DNA of 64,000 nt from Lepidodermella squamata (lineage: Eukaryota; Animalia; Gastrotricha), in contig JBLDXI010000032.1 of NCBI GenBank assembly GCA_047495785.1, positions 1,612,001-1,676,000 on the forward strand, read 5' to 3'. A program made the translations under genes and the position numbers. Of the stretch, positions 35,286 to 47,748 are shown piece after piece. Every line of letters begins with the position of its first letter. Positions within the stretch are counted from its first letter, which is position 1. The notes under the pieces are model-generated. The model was given only the letters and a program-made list of their open reading frames with translations, had not been told where the DNA came from and made no database searches.

Positions 35286-37434
35286 TCAGTACAAAGCACA
35301 CCGGTTTTGGTAGCGTGCCATTTTAGAAGAAGCCGGGCAGTTGAATGCGCTGGAAAACTCTTGACTGTTACTCAGAGGTGCCAGAACTCTAAACTTCGAC
35401 GGTGAATGGGAATCTTGTAGAATCGGCAGAAAATTTGACTTAGGTTGTTTCAAGCACTGCAGCTGAGCAAATGATAGGAAAAACAGCTTGTTCTCCATGT
35501 CACTGCGGTGTTCCTTTTGAAATAGCGCGTACGAAAGAGGGACTGATAACATATCAGCAATATCGTCTTCAACGGTGTTAGCAGTTTCCAAGTATCTCCC
35601 AAATTCTCGGCCAATTTCTTGATACATTCCAGAGATGCACTGCTTTCGGCTGGCAAGGAAAGGATCCGCCTCAAAGACTGCCTTCAGCCCAACATTGTCG
35701 AACAGATGAGTCAGCTCATGTGAAATGGTAGTTGCAGCCGATCCGTGTTGAACAGCTGGTGGGTAGGAAGGTTCAAAAATTGGAACCATCCACGCAGGCA
35801 TCAAAGAAATGATGCGATTATTCATAATATGATCGTAATGTGCGTTGTAGTGTAACCCCATGGTGACCATGGATATATCGCCATTGATGTAATGCTTCAT
35901 AATGCCACCCTCCAAGAAACGACCTGCTGCATAGAAGTTCGCCATGTATGAGGCTCGCGTTATTGTCAAATTTCGATGGTAAGCCTCGATTTCAGCGCGA
36001 TTTAATACGAAATCCGGAGGCCAAATGTTGATTGTCAACGAGTCTATCAACTTCAGCACCTCAGTTTGAGTTTCTGGGCTGAAGCGCTTGGATTCTGAGA
36101 TTGCTTGAAGGAAGGTGCTTTTAGTTCCATCAGCGAGTTCACTAGCAATTGGAACGGATTTCTCATCGAAAAAAGCTCGCCTGAACATTGATGCCGATGC
36201 AAGTGGTAAGAACTCGATCACTTCGCTGAGGCAGTGCGCCTTGCTTGTCTTTTGAGGTGTTTCAAAGTACTTCAACAAAGCTTCAAAGACTAGAAAATTT
36301 TGCAGGGCCCTTTGGCCATTCTCGTTCGACATCATACCACTGATTTCGCGGCAGGTATCCTGGAGATATCCGCAGAATGAGTCATTTATGTATATCGACA
36401 TATTGAGCAGATCGAAGTTTCGAGATTGGCCAAAGCTGCTGAGTAATGAAGTCCAATTTAGGAGAGAGCAGCATTTGTCCAGCTCGGCAGGAGATGTTAC
36501 ATGGGTTCTGCCACGCTGCTCCGCAGGTTTGAAGCTGTACAGCTCTCTTTCAAACTTTTCGATGTCAAGTAGAGCAGAACCGTATGTCATGGTGATGGGG
36601 GCGTTGAGATTTGACGCTAGTGTTTTAAGAGCCGTTCGAGTACTTGGCCACGTACGAAGGGTTCCTGGAGAGATTGCAACTCTCAGTTTTTCCGAATCAT
36701 CCATATCACGCATGTCAATTGCGATAATATTGTCGGAGCTATAGTGGAATAGGCGCTCGAATCTGCTTTGAAAAGTTGATGATGACTGAATGGGGCTGTC
36801 GAACCCGCCCATCGATCGGACTATTTCTTGAAGTGCTGGTTTAGTATAGAACCACGAATGTGTGTTATAGCAGGCATAATAGTAGTTCAGAACTTTCATG
36901 TCACTCTCCCAGTTAAATTCATCGACTCGAGGAATTTCAAGAAGTTGAAGAAACTCCGTTATCCACCTGGCACTAGCCTCCTCGGGAACGCCATAGGTTA
37001 CATCGGGATCATTATCGTCATGTCCGTAGTTCCCGCAAGCGTATTCGTAGAAATCTTCGCATGGATTGGCTGAATGGAGCATGATATCAGACATCCTACT
37101 GATCCTTTGTGAACATTTTGTAGTTGCGCATGATTTCTCCAAGTCTGCAAGGTATTCAATCATGTCGCTTGAGTCGAAACCTTTGCCGGCGGTCGAGGCT
37201 GTTGTCGTTCGCGTCGCGAGAAACGAGTCCGCAAGGTAGGTAGCCATGTCACGTCGGTTGAGCTGATTCGAAAAATTTTCGGATCCGTCTTCCTGCTGAG
37301 ACCACAACGAAATGATGACAAATAGGCAAGGAGACAATGCAATCAAGAGTGAGATCAAATAATAGCAACTCGGAGAACACCTAAATTAATATAATGTAGA
37401 GTTGAAAACCTTGAAATCTGGCAAAATATTACAT
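35286..37434 (-). CDS. M13 (neprilysin/ECE-like) metallopeptidase, ~698 aa
   Basis: N-terminal hydrophobic anchor, C.T..C, ANPCEDFYEYACGNY, NAHY, HELTH (HExxH), EDDIAD, FFLSFAQLQC, HSPSKFRV, FNCP..S.M...RCALY. Main exon 37380-35286. The start is probably AT|G split by intron 37432-37381. Confidence 0.88.
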
Positions 37435-39377
37435 TTTGTTTTTTTTGTCGGAAATTGTGAATTCGAGCGTTATGACTGCCTTTTACAACGACGGCTGACT
37501 AAAACTGAGCTTGTTTCGATGACATACCGGAAATGAAAAAAGGAATGAGTAACCCGTCGCCTTCTTCAATATGAATTTATATGGTGGCATTCAGTTTTTT
37601 ACTGATTCATTTTTTCTTGGTTCATCCTTTCATCCTGAGTCATCTTTATTCCTTTTTCTTTTCTCTTTCATTTTTTTGAAAAGCGAACCTATAAATTATG
37701 AAAAAGATTTTTTGCAAGCCAACTTGAATGAAGAATGATGAATGATGAACGATGATCGATGAAATATTACATTTTTTTACATCAGATTACATCGCCTTTA
37801 CAAAATAACCAAAAATGACGGGGAACTTCCGTTGTCGTGGGTCGTGTTCCGTACCGTCGGTCAGTCTGTTCGTACGTCCGTCGTCAAGGAGGATCCTTGT
37901 GTGTGCGTGTGAGTACCCGAGAAAAAAAACGAAAACCACTTACACGTCAGGGAAGATATTGGTGAACCCATAAAATAAACCAAGTGACGCGGAAATCCCA
38001 CGTGGGGCGTGTTCCGTCCGTCGTCAATCAGGATGTTATAAAATGTACCTTGTGACCTTCGACTGGGATGTGAGCACTCGAACTTATGATGACAACGCGA
38101 CCTGTCGCTGCGCCCGTGGGAGTCGATCATTTTAATATAATCATATTTATATCGTTAGCGACGTTGAATAACTCAGATTTAAGCCTGATTACGTCAAGGA
38201 GAAAGGTGGCAAGTGAACAGCCATTTGTTGTTTCCCTCTCTATTCACTTGAAGTACAGCGCTTTTTATCTGTAACCCGTCACCTCGGAAGTGATAAACAA
38301 GCCTAAATCCGATGAGTTATTCAACGGAAGTTCTCCGTCAACTGTCAAAAGCCACAGGCCGACAGTGGTAGCTATAATAACAGTAAAAAGGACGACGGTA
38401 GGAATAAAATTCACTACCATGTACATGCCATGGTCGGATCAGATAGGCGATCTTCTCAGTGACAAGTTTGGGAGGAGAACCAGCATTGCTGCTGATTCTA
38501 GAGTCACAGCAACATCCTATCAAGTTTGATAATTCGCGATCACATTTGTTTCGAAAAAGAATTCTACTACCTACTACCAAAATGTTACCATAGAGCGTAA
38601 AGAACGTAGTGCTCTCGCATGATTGAGGCTAAAAAAGATGCATGAAAAGCGTTTCTGTATGCCTCATAGAGAACAGATTTCTCTATGGTTCTCTATGGTA
38701 CTTATGATTTGAGAATACAAAAACACTTCAGGCTTTTTCACACAACGGGAAAGTGAATTGAAGTCAATGCAAAAAATGGTCGCGTGCTCGTTGAAGTCAA
38801 GTTGAAGTTAAAATGTCTTAGTGAGAACACTCCTGCTGAATCACCTACCGCATTCTATGAATCTATGAATTCTACAGGTCACTCCAGGCAAAATATTGCG
38901 TTTTAGTCTAGATTTTATACCGGACTGATTCCCGATACAAAAAAATAACGTATACTTGTGAGGAATTTTTACGTTTTACAAGCTTATTTTACAGTCATTT
39001 TCAGAACGAGTTGAGTTAAGCGATTTATTTTGTATTTTTTAGCGTGACGTTTCGTTGTGTTTCAAGTAGTGTAAGTTAACTTTTGCAGATCGTTTGCCCT
39101 ACGACTTTATTTCACCGAAATACATATTTTCCGTATCCCGTATCTATAGTTGAAGGGGGCGTCGTTATTTCCTTCCTCGAGGGTTCACATAAATCAACCC
39201 GTCAAATGTGCTTGTCGCGTTTTGCCAGTCCAAACTTTAAAGCGGCGTTTAAATTTTCCAAGCACGCGATGCACTGCCATAAAGTTTTACTCCAGCCATA
39301 AAGCAGCTAGAAGCTCGTTGTAATGAGGTACCCGAGTAATTTTCATTGTTCATTTTTCACAACAAAAGTAAATAGTA

Positions 39378-40898
39378 ATGTTTCTGATCATCATCTGCAT
39401 TGTTATTGCAGCGGCCTTATGCTTTAGATTTCTAGCCGAAAAAAGATACCATCTCCCTCCCGGCCCATCGCCTCTCCCATGGCTGGGCAACTTGAATATT
39501 TTGATGTTTGGTGAGAAAAATCTAGCTTCATGGCGACTTTTCCGAGACATGGCTAGACAATATGGGCCTATCATCACCTTCTACATGGGCCCTATTCGCA
39601 TGATTGTGCTGAATAATAGGGAAGCCATCGATGAAGCGCTGGTTGACAACAGCAGAACATTCAACTGGCGCCTGGAACAGCGGCTTCCTGGTTACGAAAA
39701 AATGCAGCAAGCCATCGCGTTTGCTAACCATGACACATGGCGTAGGAATCGAAAGTTTGGCGTCAAAGCAATGCGAGATTTTGGTTAGATTACTTGAAAT
39801 ATCCCCATCAAAATTGTTGAAACTTTTCCATCAGGTATGGGAAAAGAAGCAATGGTTATCAAAATTCAGGAGGAGATCATGCCGTTACTGGACGAATTCC
39901 AAGCTATGGCGAATGAGAAGAAGCCAATTGATCCAAACGTGATTGTTACAAACGCAGTATGTAATGTTATCTGCTCCTTGGTTCTCGGTAAAAGAATGCA
40001 CTATGATGATCCGAAATTTCGACTAGTTCTCGACGCTCTTCTGGAAATCATGAGGCATTCAACTGTGGAAAGCACCGCATTTCTCCTCTTTCCTTTTCTG
40101 AAGTACTTCAAAACGCCGAAGCAAGTTAGAGCTATGCTGTCCATGGTAGAATTACTGGAGACATTGCTCAAGGAGTCTATTAAGGAACACGAACGAGATT
40201 TCGACCCTGAGGACATTCGCGACTTCCCAGACTTGTACATCGCATTGAATCTAAGGAAGGAAGACGCAATGGATTTGCGTCAATTTTCCGAGATAATGAT
40301 GGAGATGTTCGTGGCTGGAGCAGACACTACATCGACGGCCCTAACTTGGGCTCTATTCTACCTCAGCGAGAATCCGGCTATTCAACGGAAATGTCAGGAT
40401 GCAATCGATCAAGTCATTGATACGGATCGTATGCCTACCCTGGCTGACCGGTCTAATTTGGTTTACGTTGAATCAGTAATTCAGGAGGTGTTACGACACG
40501 CCTCGATTTCTCCTCTTGCACTCTACCATTCCAACTTGGACGAACATGCCAAGCTCTCTGGCTACGACATTCCACCGAATTCTCTGGTCTGCTACAACAC
40601 AACAGCTCTCCATTACGATGAGACCTACTGGGAAAATCCGGAAGTTTTCGACCCAGAGCGTTGGATTGGACCTGACGGGAAGTTGTTGAACCACTCCTCG
40701 CACTTCATGCCATTCGGCACAGGGCTAAGGATCTGTCTGGGCGAGAGTCTTGCTAGGGTTGAGTTCTTCACATTTCTCGTCGCTATTCTGCACCGCTACA
40801 GTTTCAAATTGAATACCACCGAGGTCACCTGCAATGATGGGTCGAATGGCTTTATCCACAAGACTCCTAACTTTGAGATACTTATCTCAAGCCGTTAA
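39378..40898 (+). CDS. Cytochrome P450, clan 2 (copy 7), 489 aa
   Basis: Exons 39378-39783 and 39835-40898; AGADTT, EVLR, PERW, FGTGLRICLGE. Confidence 0.95.
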
Positions 40899-41155
40899 AC
40901 TGTATTTCTAATTTAAGCTCTTATGGCTCTCATAATGTAGATAAAGGATGCTAGCTGGTACTTTTTCTTGTTACCAGGTTCTTATCTCAAATTGTCCGGA
41001 ATATACCGCATTCACCTGTTTAAAAGTATACATTTTGGGAAAATAAAAGATAAGATTATTTAATGACTTTCCGGACTTTTTCAAGAATCGCTGGCAGAGC
41101 TAATCCGTGACACTAGCTAATTTTCTACCGTGAAAAACCAGTTTATTGCAACAAG

Positions 41156-42681
41156 ATGCTGTTACTTATTATTGGCTTGACAAGCTCAGCGTTATTGTTC
41201 TTAACGTATCGACGCTACTTGCTCGATAAGTGGTATCACCTACCACCTGGTCCCGCCCCCGTGCCATGGCTAGGAAATCTCAACAAATTGATGCAGGCGG
41301 GAAAGAAGCCCATCCTTTGGGAATTCTTCCGGGATATGGCCAAACAATATGGGCCAATCATCACGTTTTACATGGGCCCCATTCGCATGATCGTCTTGAA
41401 CGACGCTAAAGTCATTCAAGAAGCCTTGGTAGAAAACGGAAAAACCTTCAGCTGGCGCATGGAGGGGAAGATACCTGGATACGAAAATGTTCCTGTTGGC
41501 ATTGTTTTCGCTAACCATGATAAATGGCGTAAACATCGGCGTTTTGGTATCAAGGCGATGAGGGAGCTTGGTAAGTGAGCCTATAAAGTTAAAAGGATCT
41601 TACAATATTTTGCCCTCTCCCAGGAATGGGGAAAGAATCGATGGTTACAAAAATTCACGAAGAAACCGAAATTTTGCTGGAAAATCTAAAGAGCTTAGCT
41701 AAGGACAAGAAACCAGTCGAGCCTAGCACAATGATATTCAACACGATTTGTAATGTTTTCTGCTCGATGGCTTTCGGCAAACGACTCAGCAGTGACGATC
41801 CAACATTCCACAAGCTGCTCGACTTCATGGCTGCTCTCAACGAGCAATCCACAGTTGAAAGCACTGCGTTCATGCTGCTGCCATTCTTGAAGTATCTGAA
41901 GACGCCAAGACAAGTGCAAACCATGTATGACATCATAGAACTGATGCATGGACTGCTGAAAACAGCAATCGATGAGCACAAGGCCGACTATGACCCGAGT
42001 ATAATTCGCGACTTGCCTGACCTATTCATTTCAGGTCAGAAGGAAGAAGCCATGGACCTTATGGACTTCACCAAAATCGTGTCTGATATGCTACTCGCCG
42101 GAACCGATACCACTTCAATTGCTATGTGGTGGACATTGTTCTACTTGACGAAGGATCCGGCTATTCAGCGAAAATGTCAGGAAACGATTGACCAAGTTAT
42201 TGATACAGATCGGTTGCCGACTTTGGCTGATCGGCCGAAGCTGGTTTATATCGAAGCGGTTATGAATGAAGTACTACGGCATGCTTCAGTCGCCCCATTC
42301 GGCCTTTACCACTCGAATCTAGATGAGCCCGGCAAGATATCCGGCTATGATATTCCAGCAAATTCTTTGATCGGCTACAATGCAACTGCTGTGCATCTCG
42401 ATGGCAATTATTGGAACGATCCTGATGAGTTCAAACCAGAACGTTGGATTGGCGATGACGGCCGGCTGCTGACTCATTCGTCGCATTTTCTTCCCTTCGG
42501 ACTCGGGCCGAGAATCTGTTTAGGCGAGAGTTTGGCGCGCGTCGAATACTTGATTGTCCTAGTTTCAATGCTTCATCGCTTCAATTTCACCCTAGCAACG
42601 CCAGATTCGAAATTGGAAGACGATTTCAACGGAATGGTTCACAAGCCGCCCCATTTTGAAGTCATAATCGAAAGCCGTTGA
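41156..42681 (+). CDS. Cytochrome P450, clan 2 (copy 8), 490 aa
   Basis: Exons 41156-41570 and 41624-42681; AGTDTT, EVLR, PERW, FGLGPRICLGE. Confidence 0.95.
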
Positions 42682-42998
42682 AACGAGTTATTTATTGTAA
42701 AGACAAACAAACTCAAGAATTTTGTAGTTTTCAGTTTTACAGAAGAAGATACACACCGAGTAGAAGAGCACCCTTTGCGGTTTAGACGGATAACACTATG
42801 AATTATATGCTTTTCCTCTATAATTATACAGCAACGGCGTTATGATTACCGGTGATAATAACTCATCTATGCTTTTATGAGGAATGTCTCGACTCTGCCC
42901 ACCTGCTGTTTCTTGAAGTCATGACAACACCTATTTTTCCGAGTTTTTCAAGAGTAAAAAAATGGCGAGATATTATAGACTGCGCAGGCACGGTTCGA

Positions 42999-44966
42999 TC
43001 AATTCGCGCAATGTGTGGCTGTGATAGGCAGAGTGGATGTAGTTCCGCAACCCATTTGAGGATCTTGCGCGGGCGAGAACACTGTTCTGAACGCTGAGGT
43101 GTAACAGTTCCGAATCAGTATGGTACACGAGTCGGTAGCTGCTGGAGGTGAGTAGACATATGGCCCGCAGAGGAAATCAACGGCGCCCCCACTGAAATGC
43201 AGGGCAGACGGCTTACGACTGGTGGCATACGATGGTCCACCAACAATCGAAGATACGTACCTTTAAGAAGCAACTTGAAATATGTAGCTATTAAGGTGGG
43301 TTAACTTACGTTGGGGTAGCCGTAGCCCGGTATGCCGCTGTTGCTGTACTAGCCGCTGATCGTAGCATACCTGTAAAAAGCGCCCAGTTTAGAAGCTTAA
43401 CAATGTTCATTGAAGGTCATTACCTTGACTAGGGCAAATTCGAGCTCCAGTAACGGTGGTAGCTTGCTGGCCAGCGCAGACCGCGACTGCAGTGGCAAGA
43501 GCAGTCGCAGACTGAGCTGCAGATGACGACCTGGTGCCGGCAAACAGGTCTTCCAAAACCCACGGCAAAAGGAACGCGCTTCCGTTATTGTTCATATCCA
43601 AGAACTGGCAAGCTGCCCGTACTACATCAGTCGAACAGCCGAAACCTGTCTGCCGTTTCTGCCTGCTGTTCAGAACAAACTCTTTCGCCTGGCCGAGGAC
43701 TCCGCCAATGAGGGGCGGAATGCTTTGCCACCACGTTTGCCAATCGAAGCGTGTCTGGTCCTCCCGCCAGTGATGGTTGTTGCCGTTATTAGGTGGATAA
43801 TTTGGTGGCGGGGTAGCAGGAGGCGGTGGTGCGTTGAAGCGGAGAATCAATCGCTTATTAACAGCCTTTCGCATGATATCTCGAACCTGTTGCTCGAAGT
43901 CATTTTGCGACGAGGCTGACCTGACGGTCCGTGATTGCTGTTTGCGAAGGTTCTGGAAAACCACTCGGAGCTCGTTCTCAATCGGAGCATAATGCGCACT
44001 GACAGCTGCCATCACCTGGCTTACGCTTGCTCCATTGATGTTCACAGGAGTCGTTGTGCTAGTCGCTTGCGTTGTAGTTTGCTTAGCCGTAGTTGCAGCA
44101 CTGGGTGGTAGGGGCAGCTCAGTACTCATAACCGGCAATCCTGTTCTTGGCTTCGTAGTAGTGACCGGCTCTTCGAAATTCCCACGACAAGCCACAATCC
44201 CAAGACCGAACTTTCCCAGCATAGAATCACCGCTGGCTCGGACCTTTCTCCTTGGCTTGCTTTTCGGCTTCTTCTTATTGATTTGCTCCGAAGCGGTGCC
44301 TAGCAACTGAAGGGTCGGAGATCTATCTTTTGCCTCATCGCCATTCAGTACGCTGGCTGATAGACCTGTTTTACGGCACGCCTCTGCCACGCTTTGGCAC
44401 GATGAAGACCGGCAGAGAAAGTCAAAGCCTGCCTGATCGAACGAGTCAACAACCAGCGGAGAGATGCTGCTTGTCGTGGACAAGTTAGCTAAGCTTCGCA
44501 TCGCGCCCGCCGAGATGCATGGACCTTTTTCAACCCCGCCAAGACTGCACATCGACGCAACAGCGAGAAGAGGCGGTAGAACCTTAGGCTTATCGTCGAA
44601 GCCCGTGAGAGACAGCAGGACTAGTTTGGTCGAAGATCCGTTAGTCGCAAGTTGATAGATCTTGCAAGCCTGGTCTCGGGCAGCGTCGCCGCAGCTTGTC
44701 AGGGGTAGCCCGCCACTGCCGACAGCGGGGGCTGAGGGTGGAAGGCCGAACATGCTGTTCACAGCGTTCGAGGCGGACGCACTGACTGTTGGTGGGGAGC
44801 GGCGTGAACTCTCGACAAGAGCGTCCATTATCTTGCCACCAATTGCGTCAGGGTCGGTAGCTCCGCCTAGCAATGCCTGCAAATCACCAAGATTTGTTAT
44901 TGGGGGCTGCGAACGGGCTGAATTGGTGATGTACACCAGGCTCAACAGAAACAGCACCACTTGCAT
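42999..44966 (-). CDS. Secreted 621-aa proprotein with two Cys-rich repeats; the C-terminal repeat has a Hedgehog/peptidase M15-like zinc motif
   Basis: Signal peptide MQVVLFLLSLVYITNSARS. Exons 44966-43424, 43370-43310, 43260-42999 (introns 53 and 49 nt, phases consistent). The last exon encodes YVSSIVGG...PSALHFSGGAVDFLC...ATHCAN*. RQKR precedes the domain. Confidence 0.75.
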
Positions 44967-45848
44967 GATTCACCGGTACAATGGAACTAATTCCTATATG
45001 TTTGGAGAAGATAAAAGTTTTGATCAAGCTGAATTGTTGAGCTTTCGGGTTCTGCGGCTTCAGGAGCGATCGATTCTCCCCCCGCTAAATCAAAAGTAAA
45101 CAATCGCAGGAAATGGAGCTGTCTGTAAGGTGGGGGAGTTTAATTGCAGAAAGGTAATAATCACGACATTATTGGCGATGCGTCATTGAGATAATTAAAA
45201 TCACAATTATTAGAGCACGAAAATAATTTATGATTCACGTTGTGTACCTGATCCGGCACCGTGACGGTGCAGCTACGCGACTCTCGAGTTGGTATTAAGG
45301 GCGCAAACACTGGTCTGAAGCAAGCCACGCATCCGGTAATAAGCTGTTTTTTGCTATTGTGCCTCCGCAGCCGTGCGTGACATGCCTCCATACAAGCACA
45401 ATAGCCGCGTGATGTTGGGATATCAATTTAACGCTGAATCATTATTATCATCATTCAGTGTTCAGGTCATAGTCTGCGATATATACCTACTACTTACTGC
45501 AGGTTACTGTATTCAGAATTCACGACACGGTGAAGATTTTAAGCATACAACCAAGGCTTGGAAAATTAATCATGAGAGTGACCGCAATGTCTTTTATCCG
45601 GAAATCAGCAAACATGAAAATGAGAGTTGGTAAAATTAATAAATATAAAAATAATAAAATCCTCCTTAAAATGTAAATTTCCAATCATTTTTCCTAATTT
45701 TTTTCATTTTTTTTACACCGAGTTTTTGAGAGAACGCCCAGGATTGTTTTAATTTCTAAATTAATTGACATCAATTTTACACAAAGGCATAAATAAACTT
45801 CAAAGTTGAGCGATTTTCGAGCGGCAGACAGTCATAACAGAAAATACC

Positions 45849-45990
45849 AAAAACAGCAAACGCGACAAAACAGCAAGTTTTTTTCAACTTGCGACATAAA
45901 AGCAGAAACGCGATGCATCTTTTAATTGGTGAGTTTTTGCTGTTATGTCACGAAATAAAATATTTGCTGTTTTGTCGCATTCGCTGTTCT
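45849..45990. repeat. Imperfect palindrome (MITE-like) made of AACAGC/GCGAC units
   Basis: AAACAGCAAACGCGACAAAACAGCAA pairs with TTGCTGTTTTGTCGCATTCGCTGTT; inner GCGACATAAAAGCAGAAAC pairs with GTTTTTGCTGTTATGTCAC. Confidence 0.7.
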
Positions 45991-46192
45991 GCGCAGTTGC
46001 TGTTTTAGCGCCATTCCTAACATGAGCATCTTATTGAAGGTATAAGGCCACATAGCCTTTTGTTCCATAGCTGTGTATGAAAAGATGCTTTCATAACCAG
46101 CCGTCTGTGCGCAATGATTCATCCAACATCGCCTTTTCAGCGCGCCTATATGCGCCATTATTCGCAAAACTTTAGCATTAGCTGCAGACTCG

Positions 46193-47530
46193 ATGCTTTC
46201 AATTCGCTATTTAACAGCGGCTAACAAAACCATATCGCCATGTCAAATCATCGCCATCAGCCTCGTTTCATTCTTCATCGGCTGGTTTCTATCAGCATTT
46301 CGATTCGACTCATCACTATCGCCTTATACTACGGCAGATGATTGCTTACCGCCGCCTCAGGGCGAAAATCTTCAAAATTCGCCTGCGAAAAGTATTCGCC
46401 TCCTATGCTTGGTGCTGACATCGCCCGTTACGCTGAAAACTCGGGCAATAAGCGGCGTTAATGAAACGTGGGGCAAGCGATGTGATAAAACAGTTTTCAT
46501 TTCATCGAAGCCTAGTGATGATCAATCGGTTATTGACTGCAACTGCACGGAAGGCTACGACTATTTGTGGGGCAAGGTGAAAGCCGGATTCGCCTTCACC
46601 TACCGCCAATACCCTGACTTCGACTGGTATCTGAAAGCCGACGACGATACTTACGTAATCGTCGAAAATTTCCGAGCCCTCGCGGCGAATTTCGATCGAA
46701 ACGAGGCGCTGTACATGGGCCGTAGGATAGCGGCTATGGTTGAATACATGGCTGGCGGGTCGGGCTATGCGCTCAGTAATGCGGCTGTGAAGCGGCTTGT
46801 TGAAAAGGGCCTGTCATCGGATGTTAAGGGATGCAGGCGTAAGAAGGAGCGCGGCACTGAGGACATTGAAATGGGCATGTGCATGCGCGCACTCAACGTG
46901 ACCTTTGTTGATAGCCGCGATCCGCAAGGTGAGTGACCTATTTTCATGACCTACTTTCCAATTAGTTGATACCGCCTTAGTAAATAAAATAAAATCATTT
47001 TTTAAATTTAAATTTTTTTAAATTTTTTTCTTGAGAATTTAAAAAATCAAATAATAATTTAAAAAATATTTTTTTTATCAACTGAAAAATAAATAAGAAA
47101 TCTGGAAATTTTCATTCAATTTTTTCAATGATTCAAAAATCGAAAAGACGAATTTTCGGATCTGAAAAAATAAAGTTTAATTTATTAAAAAATCATTTTT
47201 AAATATTTTTCTTCTATAGATAAGTTGGAGACATTTATCCCTCATGACCCTGTCGAGAGTTTAACAGTGAGCCATAATCGGACCAATTTTTGGCTCTACA
47301 TGTTCGACTACTACAAAAGCTTTGAAGACGTGAGTTAACTTCATACCTCCCTTAAATAATTCTCACCGATATATCGCCGCAATCAGGGCGCAAAATGCTG
47401 CAGCGACCGGCCAGTGTCGTTTCACCGGCTCAACGCATCAATGATGCATGCCATGGACTACTTTGTTTACCGTTTACAGGCCGTAGACAACAGCGCTCAC
47501 GCAAAGCGGCGGCGGCGGAATGCCGAATAA
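46193..47530 (+). CDS. C1GALT1: GT31 glycosyltransferase, core 1 beta-1,3-galactosyltransferase-like (copy 1), 329 aa
   Basis: Type II anchor; RLLCLVLTSP, TWGKRCD, LWGKVK, WYLKADDDTY, YMAGGSGY, EDIEMGMC, CCSDRPVSFH. Exons 46193-46928, 47220-47329, 47387-47530. Confidence 0.88.
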
Positions 47531-47748
47531 AGCAAACCGAATCATCGATTTTTTTGTTGTAGCTGCAATCGTAAATAAACAAAAGATACCCACACAATAA
47601 AGCACTAGTCGTTGTTTCGAATATAAAGAAAATTTTACAGTAACCTAGAATCACGAACGATTTTTTTCGAAAATTGCCAAAAATAATGAATAACATCGAA
47701 AATGCCGAATCCTCCTCGGTAATTGATTGATTAATTAGGAGTGATAAA

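Noticed and set aside
37550-38035. TTCATC/GATGAA inverted low-complexity tract and CCGTC-rich direct repeats (Helentron/MITE-like)
   Set aside because: Too degenerate to define termini; probably old repeat debris.
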